From positions 1 through 64,000 of IMG/VR virus record IMGVR_UViG_3300042358_000005: 64,000 bases of DNA; one strand, written 5' to 3'. Positions within the stretch are counted from its first letter, which is position 1. The number at the start of each line of letters is the position of its first letter. Below are positions 1 to 7,496 of the stretch, in pieces. The notes under the pieces were generated by a model. The model saw nothing but the letters and a program-made list of their open reading frames with translations, made no database searches and was not told where the DNA came from. The position numbers and the translations under genes were made by a program. This stretch comes from a virus (Duplodnaviria; Caudoviricetes).

Positions 1-7
1 CATAATC

Positions 8-127
8 TTATTTGTTTACAGGTTTAGGTGTACATATATGTCCATCACTCCATTTAATTCCTGGAGGTGGTGTTGTTTCTGGTGAGCTGTACTTTGTACC
101 ACACTCACTACATTCAAATTTGTTCAT
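8..127 (-). CDS. Small Zn-ribbon-like protein (39 aa, MNKFECSECG...GHICTP); probable true start 127 rather than 259
   Basis: CxxC and HxC pairs; AT-rich leader before ATG at 127; the 259 start overlaps another ORF. Confidence 0.5.
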   Translation of the reverse strand: MNKFECSECGTKYSSPETTPPPGIKWSDGHICTPKPVNK

Positions 128-189
128 ATTATCTAATTTATTAATTAAAAGAATAAGGGCTCCTATTACAGAGCCCATATATTCCCCCC

Positions 190-336
190 TTAATAACCCA
201 GCTCTTGGAGCTGATTTATATTGGCTTCTACAATATACACACCCTGTGATATTGTACATGCAAATGCAATACTCATTGCAAATGCTAATTGTCTAAACTG
301 ATAAAACTCAGTTGGTTTCATTGTGATTGTTTTCAT
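190..336 (-). CDS. Hypothetical 48-aa protein (MKTITMKPTEFYQFRQLAF...LQELGY), absent from the ORF track
   Basis: Manual translation; preceded by the recurrent TCCTTAATAAC leader motif (344-354). Confidence 0.65.
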   Translation of the reverse strand: MKTITMKPTEFYQFRQLAFAMSIAFACTISQGVYIVEANINQLQELGY

Positions 337-362
337 TTCTATTGTTATTAAGGATTAATAAT

Positions 363-581
363 CTATTGAAAGAATTCTATACTAGTTGGTGTACCAGTTA
401 GTTTCTTATAAATCAATTGAGCTTTTGCTGCACCAATTGCAGTTTTATAAGCTGATAAAGCTCCTTGAGCCACTTTTAAATCTTTTGATGTGTGATATTG
501 ACTTGATAGTACATCACCAATCTCTTGTGTTACTTTGATTACATCTGTAACATTCATTGTTTTAATTTTCTTTGTTGCCAT
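363..581 (-). CDS. Hypothetical 72-aa helical protein, coupled to the upstream HNH-like gene
   Basis: ORF overlaps the end of 562..1344 on the same strand. Confidence 0.7.
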   Translation of the reverse strand: MATKKIKTMNVTDVIKVTQEIGDVLSSQYHTSKDLKVAQGALSAYKTAIGAAKAQLIYKKLTGTPTSIEFFQ

Positions 582-1344
582 GATTTTCTAATTTTCGTTT
601 TAATGTTAGTCTTTTTATTGTTAATTCTTTTAATTCTGGTGTTAATTCTTTAGTTGGTACTTTCACACAATAAGAAATATATGCATCATTAATCTCAAGT
701 GCATTCTTAGTATGTCTTTTTCTCATATATGTATTTAAAGTTTCTCTACGATGTTTAGATTTTCTAGATATAGATTGTTCTAACTTATATTTAGCAAGAC
801 GATCAGGATTTGATTTAATAGTAATCCATGTTTGTTTATGTCTACATTTTTTACATTGATTTGTATATGTTCTTCTTTCACCTTCTCTTATTGCTTTCTT
901 GAAATAAAAAACATTAATATTTTGTATATCTCCACAATTTGAACAACATTTAGATGTTATATCACCTTGGTTATTATAATATGGTTGAGGATAAAAGTTA
1001 ACATCACTCTCACATTTTATTTTCCATTTTAAATTATCTAATGAACAATCTAATACATTATTATTTATATGTTTTAAAGAATAATGATGATGTTCATCTG
1101 GTTGTTTTAACTTAAATGCATTTTTCATCAATGTAACAACAAAGGTTACCTTTGGTAAGTTAGTTTCTGACCATTTATCATATTGTATTTTTACTACACC
1201 ATGAGTACCTTGATTATATATAGATAAGATTGATTTATTGTAATGTTTATTGCCATTATTTAAATATCTATAATGAGAGTAAACTATTCCATCAGATGTA
1301 ATAGAATACCTTTTTTTTGTATCTGGTATAAACTTTTCTTTCAT
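562..1344 (-). CDS. NUMOD4/HNH-like homing endonuclease-type protein with a C-terminal CxxC..CxxC zinc finger
   Basis: RYSITSDGIVYS (NUMOD4-like), HINNNVLDCSLDNLKW (degenerate HNH_3-like), CSNC...CKKC. Confidence 0.6.
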   Translation of the reverse strand: MKEKFIPDTKKRYSITSDGIVYSHYRYLNNGNKHYNKSILSIYNQGTHGVVKIQYDKWSETNLPKVTFVVTLMKNAFKLKQPDEHHHYSLKHINNNVLDCSLDNLKWKIKCESDVNFYPQPYYNNQGDITSKCCSNCGDIQNINVFYFKKAIREGERRTYTNQCKKCRHKQTWITIKSNPDRLAKYKLEQSISRKSKHRRETLNTYMRKRHTKNALEINDAYISYCVKVPTKELTPELKELTIKRLTLKRKLENHGNKEN

Positions 1345-1370
1345 TGTTATTTAGTTATTAAGGATTAATA

Positions 1371-1404
1371 CAAAATAAAAAAGGCTACCATTTCTGATAG
1401 CCTT
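1371..1404 (-). terminator. Intrinsic terminator closing the RNA cluster
   Basis: Minus strand AAGGCTATCA-GAAA-TGGTAGCCTT followed by a T tract. Confidence 0.8.
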
Positions 1405-1540
1405 ATTGTTGAGGTTGGCACTAGTAAAACTCAAACCATAAAGTACTCAACACCTATCTTTGCGTAGATAGGACTTAACATTCGTGATGTGCAAACTACC
1501 CAATGTCTGTTACTGTGCTATTTGCGTCAAGTAACTGCTG
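1405..1540 (-). ncRNA. Candidate small structured RNA (unassigned)
   Basis: No ORF; stems GTTAC/GTAAC, CCTATCT/AGATAGG and TGTTGAG/CTCAACA between the tRNA-like gene and the terminator. Confidence 0.4.
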
Positions 1541-1609
1541 TGATTGAGACAGGATTCGAACCTGTGTGTAAGGATATATGTCCATCGCATGCCACTCTGC
1601 CACTCAATC
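1541..1609 (-). tRNA. tRNA-like gene with degenerate anticodon arm (isotype undetermined)
   Basis: Acceptor GATTGAG/CTCAATC+A, D arm GCA-GAGTGGCA-TGC, T arm ACAGG-TTCGAAT-CCTGT; anticodon arm only GGA-CATATA-TCC (6-nt loop); no encoded CCA. Confidence 0.7.
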
Positions 1610-1770
1610 ATGTTTTACAGTAGGTTATAAGGTACTCGTTAGTTAGACTTTCCCTTATTCCTTTATTAAACCTGTACCAATATTCTTTTTTATTTTCTGA
1701 ATGGAAATTGATAAGACATTCAGGGTAAATACATCTTACAAGAACTACCAAGTTCAACACATTACCTTCG

Positions 1771-2159
1771 TGGAGGTGGGGAGAATCGAACTCCCGTCCA
1801 AAATTAATTTAAATCATTACAATTTATACAGCTTTACGTTTCTTTAAACTCTTTACGTTAGAAGGGTCAACTGTGAAGTTGATATCCACCAGAATGTTTT
1901 TAAGGAATCATACAAACCTTCTATGGCAATTTTAATGTCTTTAGCCAGTGTTTGACAGATTTAATGTCTATGCAGCCATTTCTAGCTCTTCAACATTAGA
2001 ATTAATCAATGAGAAAACTTTGCTCATGTTAGCGTTAACTTGGTCAACATCTAACGAAATTACTTTGTTGTCATTTATTTAATTTCACCTTAGTTTTATA
2101 CAGTTATCTCTCTGTGCTGATTGTAATAATGTATTAACCTGTCAAAACCAGGCACCCCC
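1771..2159 (-). ncRNA. ssrA: tmRNA
   Basis: 5' GGGGGTGCCTGGTTTTGAC; 3' GGGAG-TTCGATT-CTCCC-CACCTCCA; acceptor stem with G3:U70; tag ORF 2072-1968 ending MAA*. Confidence 0.95.
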
Positions 2160-2257
2160 AATTTTGTAGGATATCGCTAAACCTACTATGAATGGCCTAT
2201 TCATATTCACACATTATAGTTGCATTCTAAACGAGAAACTATAGTATACGATTTTTT

Positions 2258-2675
2258 TTAGCACCCATCATTATAGCCTTGCAAGTTAGCCCTCGCTGCT
2301 TACTTAATGATTAGGGTCACGTAGTTGTACTTAAAAGGACTTTCATTAGTTGTTTACCACCAATTACTCTTAACTACTTGCTGAGAACTCATTCGCATCT
2401 TGGTAAATACAACACTTACCTATTTTTAACGTTGCTTGTTTCACCTTTCTCAAGGGGATAATGCGTCTACCATTACTGATAGTATCTTTATGTAAATAAT
2501 ATTTAGACCTTATACTGAACTAATCATGGTAGTATCTAATCTGAATTTACAAAGGTATTCAATGTTTAACCTATAGCTTCACACAGTTTATCAGATCTGG
2601 TGCTTTACACAGCTTAGCTATTTTATCTTTTATATCACTCTAGTGAGTTTTAAACTGACTACACTGATATGAAAC
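2258..2675 (-). ncRNA. Candidate large structured ncRNA (~420 nt, unassigned)
   Basis: ORF-free; many nested helices with G-U pairs on the minus strand and GNRA loops (CTATCA-GTAA-TGGTAG, CCTT-GAGA-AAGG); 3' helix ACCC..ATCATTA/TAATGAT-GGGT; boundaries approximate. Confidence 0.6.
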
Positions 2676-2731
2676 ATAAATATCCCTGCAAATATAATTC
2701 ACAGGGATAAATAAAACAAACAAACCACCAA

Positions 2732-4114
2732 TTATATTTTAATCTCTTGCTCTCCTACACCTTCTGTGTAGCTATAGATTCTCTCATCTTCAGTCACCTT
2801 GATCTGTTTACCACCTGTAGCAAGACATAAGTCTCTCAAATCATTATTGAATTCCATTAATGATACAGCATTCACCTTGTAAGGAAATGCTTCTGTATTA
2901 ATAGGGTCTTCTCCATCATTAATGATTAAGATTTCTGGCTTCTCTTGTGAAAGATCAACAATAAGGTTACATAGTTTATGATTAGCTATCTCATCAGCAA
3001 TGTATTCAACCATCTCAGCAACTTCTGTTCCACCACCATTAGGCTCATTAGAAAATGTTTGCCAAAATCTTATCACCTCTTCTTTATTGGTGATATGTTG
3101 GAAGTGTAACTGTTCTGGATCATGTACAAAGTAACTAAAGAACACTTCAGCTTCACCTCTCATCACATATTTGAACCTGTCTATTAATATAGCATTCACC
3201 CAGATTTGTTTCTGTTCTTCATGCATACTTCCAGAGAAATCTAATATAATGATGATCTTCTGAATCTGTTCTTTTCTATCAACTGGGACATTTACTGTCA
3301 AATCTTTAGTTAAGAACTTAGTTCTGAAGTTAGGAAACATCTTCTGATATAGGTCCATCATGTGCATTTGAGCATAATCTCTCATGATCATTTTAGAATA
3401 CTGATCAGAGTTAGCTACTATTTTCTCAGATATCTCTTTTTCCACCTTGAACTCATTACCAAACTTACCTACAAGAGATAGATGATTCATAATCTCCATC
3501 TTTTTATCCTTACTAAGTTCATTTAGTTCTAATTGTTCATTGATGTTTGGATCAGTGTACAAGCTTCTATCAAATTCTAATCCTTTCTCCATATCTACAT
3601 CATCATCATTACTTCTCTCACCATCTTCATCCTTATTCTGCAATTGCAAATAAATAGCAACAGCTTGTTCAAGAGGTGTGAATCCAGGGATATATTGACC
3701 ATAGATAGAATCAAATAAGTCTTTCTTCTTAGAATATTCAGCTTTGTCTCCATCACTAAGTGTATCAACATCCTTAAATCTATCAGCTAGGTAATCAGAT
3801 TCCTCAATCATCTTAAAATAACACACACGTGCTAGTTCTTTGATCATATCAATGCTCTCTTGCTTCTTAACATATCTAAGTTTCTTCTTGATCTCTTTAG
3901 ATGTTGGTGTGATGTAGTTGATTGGATCTTTAACAAACAAATTGCTATCATCATCTTCATAGTCTACAACAAATGAGTATGTTGACCAGCTATTTCTAGA
4001 CCAACCACCACCACCATATTTGCTCTTCCAACCTCCTGTACTCTTCTTAGGAGTATAGGTTGGGGTATAATAATCACCATAGTAATCATCATCCCATAAA
4101 CTCTTCTGTGTCAT
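2732..4114 (-). CDS. vWA (MIDAS) domain protein, partner of the MoxR ATPase
   Basis: ILDFSGSM (DxSxS), GGGT and IINDGED motifs; directly downstream of the AAA+ gene. Confidence 0.85.
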   Translation of the reverse strand: MTQKSLWDDDYYGDYYTPTYTPKKSTGGWKSKYGGGGWSRNSWSTYSFVVDYEDDDSNLFVKDPINYITPTSKEIKKKLRYVKKQESIDMIKELARVCYFKMIEESDYLADRFKDVDTLSDGDKAEYSKKKDLFDSIYGQYIPGFTPLEQAVAIYLQLQNKDEDGERSNDDDVDMEKGLEFDRSLYTDPNINEQLELNELSKDKKMEIMNHLSLVGKFGNEFKVEKEISEKIVANSDQYSKMIMRDYAQMHMMDLYQKMFPNFRTKFLTKDLTVNVPVDRKEQIQKIIIILDFSGSMHEEQKQIWVNAILIDRFKYVMRGEAEVFFSYFVHDPEQLHFQHITNKEEVIRFWQTFSNEPNGGGTEVAEMVEYIADEIANHKLCNLIVDLSQEKPEILIINDGEDPINTEAFPYKVNAVSLMEFNNDLRDLCLATGGKQIKVTEDERIYSYTEGVGEQEIKI

Positions 4115-5424
4115 TAGATGAATGCAGCTATTTGTAGGTTCTTAGCAAACTTATCTTTAGCTGCTGTAGCAGCTTTAACAAGTTGTGAATGCACATGTGC
4201 AATATCATCACCCACTGTTAATCCTTTGATGTCTGCTAGTTGTTTAGTAAGATCACCAATTGCATCCTTGTACATCTTCTCATCTTCTCTTGTTACCAAT
4301 GGTAAGTGTGTAAGAGTCTCAATACTATAAGTAATAGCTGAAGATAAGTCTCTAAACTTAATAGTAGCCTCGAACTTCTTGATCACTTCAGCAATCAATG
4401 ATGGTTTCTTAGCAAATTCTGCAATGAATCCTAATGATTCAGGACCACATTGATCATACACTTGATATGCTGTAACAGCCACACGAGGTGAAATGGTTAC
4501 ACCATTCTTAGCATATTCTTGTAATAGATAAGGAATCACTGGATCCACATTATCTACACCAAACTTAGATTCTAATAATCTATTGTATGATATCTCTGTG
4601 TAGTTATCCCATATAACATTCAATTCAAGAGGAAATCTTTCCATCAATGCTTTCAATGACATATTCTTAGAGAATTCATCACGAGTTCTATTAGTACAAC
4701 AGATGATGAACTTAGTGTTGATAGGAAATATCTGTGTACCATTTCTGAATACACCAGATGATAATATATCTTTCAATTGCTCTAAGATGAAATCTGGTGC
4801 ATCAAATAGCTCTTCGAACACCACATATTCATGGTTCATGAAACTATTCTCAACTAAATATTCAATCTTACCTGTTGATTCAAATGTTGGTATATCAAGA
4901 CCACCAAACAATCTATCTGTTGTCATACCTGTACCCATCGTAATGATGTAAGGATTGATTCCTTTAGATTGTAAGAAATCTAATGTCATCTCTGACTTAC
5001 CATGTCCACCTGGACCATACAATACAACATTCTTACATGTAGAGAATCCTACGTTTAAAATGTTTGCTGTTTTGTCCATGAATACGAACTTCTCTGTCTT
5101 TGTTGCTTTCTTTGTTGTTGTTTTCATTTTTTTCTTTGTTATTAAGGAATTTTGATTATTTAATTTAATTTGTTCTAAAACTTGTTCTATTGGTATTATT
5201 TCTTCTACTTCTTTAAGTACACAATCATGTGCTTCGAATATCCAACCTTGATGATGAAAGTCTGAATTTGATTCAATGTTTTTGATAAATTTATCAAGAA
5301 CATCTTCTCCCATATATCCATTCATTGATCCTGATTCACACCAGTTGTATGGTGTATCATATTCATCATTCCAATAACCTGTAGCTTTAAACTCTTCTTC
5401 TGTCTTTATTCTATATTTACTCAT
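4114..5424 (-). CDS. MoxR/RavA-like AAA+ ATPase with an extra ~99-aa N-terminal domain
   Basis: Walker A GPGGHGKS, Walker B VVFEE, sensor CTN, ALMERF arginine finger. Confidence 0.85.
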   Translation of the reverse strand: MSKYRIKTEEEFKATGYWNDEYDTPYNWCESGSMNGYMGEDVLDKFIKNIESNSDFHHQGWIFEAHDCVLKEVEEIIPIEQVLEQIKLNNQNSLITKKKMKTTTKKATKTEKFVFMDKTANILNVGFSTCKNVVLYGPGGHGKSEMTLDFLQSKGINPYIITMGTGMTTDRLFGGLDIPTFESTGKIEYLVENSFMNHEYVVFEELFDAPDFILEQLKDILSSGVFRNGTQIFPINTKFIICCTNRTRDEFSKNMSLKALMERFPLELNVIWDNYTEISYNRLLESKFGVDNVDPVIPYLLQEYAKNGVTISPRVAVTAYQVYDQCGPESLGFIAEFAKKPSLIAEVIKKFEATIKFRDLSSAITYSIETLTHLPLVTREDEKMYKDAIGDLTKQLADIKGLTVGDDIAHVHSQLVKAATAAKDKFAKNLQIAAFI

Positions 5425-5435
5425 AGCTTTGATAT

Positions 5436-5461
5436 AAAAAGAGAGCCATTACAGCTCTCTT
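5436..5461 (-). terminator. Intrinsic terminator
   Basis: Minus strand AAGAGAGC-TGTAATG-GCTCTCTT followed by Ts. Confidence 0.7.
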
Positions 5462-5491
5462 GTTAGTTATTCATTAATGATGTCAATTGGA

Positions 5492-5953
5492 TTAGTCTTC
5501 ATCATCATCTTCTTCTTCTTGTTGTTCACGAAGTTCTGATAATCCTTTAACAAGATTCTCTAATGCATCTCTAAGACCTGGAGGAAGAGAATCACCATCA
5601 ATACTCATAGATGATCTACTACCTTTTATCTTGTCTATTAAATCTTTAGGTATACCAGTCATGTCACCTTTCATATATTTCTCTAATGCTTGTTCTTCCA
5701 TTGATTCTATCTTATCTCTAAGATAAAAACCTGCAAGAATAACTAATTGAGAATAACTATACTCATGTAAGGCAGCTTCAATCATTTGACTAGCTGTACA
5801 ATCTTTCATGTTCTTATTCTCTTCATCCACTTTAAGTTCAAAGATGATATCTTTGGTCTTAGAGTTTAAATCATCCATATAGGATTCATTCACACCTAAT
5901 GCTTTATTGATCTTTTCTTGTGTGTGATCAAATGTAAAAATTGCTGTACTCAT
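5492..5953 (-). CDS. Hypothetical protein with acidic C-terminus
   Basis: 153-aa ORF with the leader motif abutting the ATG. Confidence 0.8.
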   Translation of the reverse strand: MSTAIFTFDHTQEKINKALGVNESYMDDLNSKTKDIIFELKVDEENKNMKDCTASQMIEAALHEYSYSQLVILAGFYLRDKIESMEEQALEKYMKGDMTGIPKDLIDKIKGSRSSMSIDGDSLPPGLRDALENLVKGLSELREQQEEEDDDED

Positions 5954-5965
5954 GTTATTAAGGAA

Positions 5966-6121
5966 TTATTGGTTTAACGTTTGTCTAACATCTATTGTTC
6001 TTTCTATTACAATTCCTCTTCTGAAATTATATATCACTTCAATGATCAACCTCTTAGATAGAATATGTCTATATGTATTGGTTGATGCTACTAATGTACC
6101 TCTGCTCACTCTAGTTCTCAT
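5966..6121 (-). CDS. Small basic hypothetical protein (probable start MRTRVSRG at 6121)
   Basis: ATGA overlap with the stop of 6118..6351. Confidence 0.55.
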   Translation of the reverse strand: MRTRVSRGTLVASTNTYRHILSKRLIIEVIYNFRRGIVIERTIDVRQTLNQ

Positions 6122-6351
6122 AGACAATGTATTATAATCATTGATAATAGATGTAATGCCACTAATGAATAGAAACATATCTTAAGCATTCTGTTTTCTT
6201 TCTTATAGATATTGATTAATCTATCAGCTATGTCTAATCTAGCATCTTTTAGTTTAAACAGCTCATCAGCTGTTTCTAATGCTTGTTGTTGCATATCTAT
6301 TAACTCATTCATTGAGTTTAATGCATCGTCTAAATTTCTTTCTTTTGCCAT
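6118..6351 (-). CDS. Coiled-coil protein with a C-terminal TM helix
   Basis: Heptad-like N-terminus, hydrophobic tail, leader motif at 6359-6369. Confidence 0.7.
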   Translation of the reverse strand: MAKERNLDDALNSMNELIDMQQQALETADELFKLKDARLDIADRLINIYKKENRMLKICFYSLVALHLLSMIIIHCL

Positions 6352-6369
6352 TGTGTTTGTTATTAAGGA

Positions 6370-6471
6370 TTAATCTTTAAATATTTTCTTTCCAAAGTAT
6401 AGAAATACTCTAGCTACAAGTAACCATAAGACTATGCTTATGATTACCTTCGCTATAAATTCCACTACCAT
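6370..6471 (-). CDS. 33-aa single-TM microprotein (MVVEFIAKVIISIVLWLLVARVFLYFGKKIFKD)
   Basis: Manual translation; TAATG coupling to the upstream ORF. Confidence 0.55.
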   Translation of the reverse strand: MVVEFIAKVIISIVLWLLVARVFLYFGKKIFKD

Positions 6472-6629
6472 TATTTCTTACCTATCATCATACCAATAAG
6501 AATTGGTAATACTATTGGACTAAAGATGTATGATGCTATTGCATAACCTTTCATATCATCTATCTTCTCGTAACTCTCTATCATCACACCTAGCATAACT
6601 AGATATGATATTATAATGTATGTTATCAT
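6471..6629 (-). CDS. 52-aa two-TM membrane microprotein (MITYIIISYLVMLG...ILIGMMIGKK)
   Basis: Manual translation; start overlaps the stop of 6629..6820. Confidence 0.6.
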   Translation of the reverse strand: MITYIIISYLVMLGVMIESYEKIDDMKGYAIASYIFSPIVLPILIGMMIGKK

Positions 6630-6820
6630 CATAATCCAATAAGATTATCAAAACAACTCTCTAACAAGAATGTTAGGTTTTGTCTCTCGTGATATAATAC
6701 ATCTAATTGCTCTTCAATGATATGAATGTTCGTATCATCATGTGCATCTCTTAAACTATCTAATGAATGTATTTCATTCTTAATAGTCTGTAATCTTTGT
6801 TCAATCATTTCTGTTCTCAT
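6629..6820 (-). CDS. Small coiled-coil hypothetical protein
   Basis: 63-aa ORF with leader motif at 6829-6839. Confidence 0.7.
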   Translation of the reverse strand: MRTEMIEQRLQTIKNEIHSLDSLRDAHDDTNIHIIEEQLDVLYHERQNLTFLLESCFDNLIGL

Positions 6821-6851
6821 TTTTGTTTGTTATTAAGGAGTTATTATATTA

Positions 6852-7232
6852 TTAGGCAGAGAGTCTTCTCTGCCATATTTCTCTAAACGCTTCTATCTCA
6901 TCAGATGTAAACCACATACTGTCTGTATTCATCACATTCTTACCAATCCACCAAGAATGTTGATTAAATACATCATATAGATTATCTATCTCTTGTTGTT
7001 TGTAATACTCTAACTCATTAAGATGATCAGACCATTCATCAATAGACCAATATTCATCATCACAACCATCATAATACTCTTGTGTATCATATGCTTCTTC
7101 TTTATGAATATATATAGATAACAACTCTTCACAAAGATCTCTTTGTCCTAATGTCCATTCATATCCTGGCATATCAAGATCTTCTAACCAAATATTAAAT
7201 TGTTTAAGCTTAGCTTCTAATATTTCTTTCAT
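6852..7232 (-). CDS. Acidic, aromatic-rich hypothetical protein
   Basis: 126-aa ORF with the leader motif abutting the ATG. Confidence 0.75.
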   Translation of the reverse strand: MKEILEAKLKQFNIWLEDLDMPGYEWTLGQRDLCEELLSIYIHKEEAYDTQEYYDGCDDEYWSIDEWSDHLNELEYYKQQEIDNLYDVFNQHSWWIGKNVMNTDSMWFTSDEIEAFREIWQRRLSA

Positions 7233-7248
7233 ATTATTAAGGAGTTTT

Positions 7249-7270
7249 AAAAAGGCCCTAAGAAGAGCCC
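7249..7270 (-). terminator. Intrinsic terminator
   Basis: Minus strand GGCTCT-TCTT-AGGGCC-TTTTT. Confidence 0.6.
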
Positions 7271-7277
7271 ATTATTA

Positions 7278-7496
7278 TTATACCAAACTATTTGCCTGAA
7301 TAGAACCTATTAATGTCCCAAGAGACAATACATCTTCTAATGAAGGAGTGTAATCCATTTCAATAGATAGAATAACAGATGTAATAGATGTAGATTCAAT
7401 ACTACATTTATGATTAGGAATAGAGTTTAATATATCAATTATATTATCTACACTCTTAATGTACAATAGTCCTACTGTGTGCTTTAATATTGTCAT
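7278..7496 (-). CDS. Hypothetical protein (probable start MTILKH at 7496)
   Basis: C-terminal part of track ORF 7278..7589; the upstream part is low-complexity. Confidence 0.5.
   Translation of the reverse strand: MTILKHTVGLLYIKSVDNIIDILNSIPNHKCSIESTSITSVILSIEMDYTPSLEDVLSLGTLIGSIQANSLV

Noticed and set aside
2273-2345. RNase P RNA (GAAAGTCC ... AAGGCTAT resembles the P4 helix)
   Set aside because: Only ~55 nt separate the two strands, and the GAGGAAAGUCC and ACAnAAnnnGGCUUA consensus elements are incomplete
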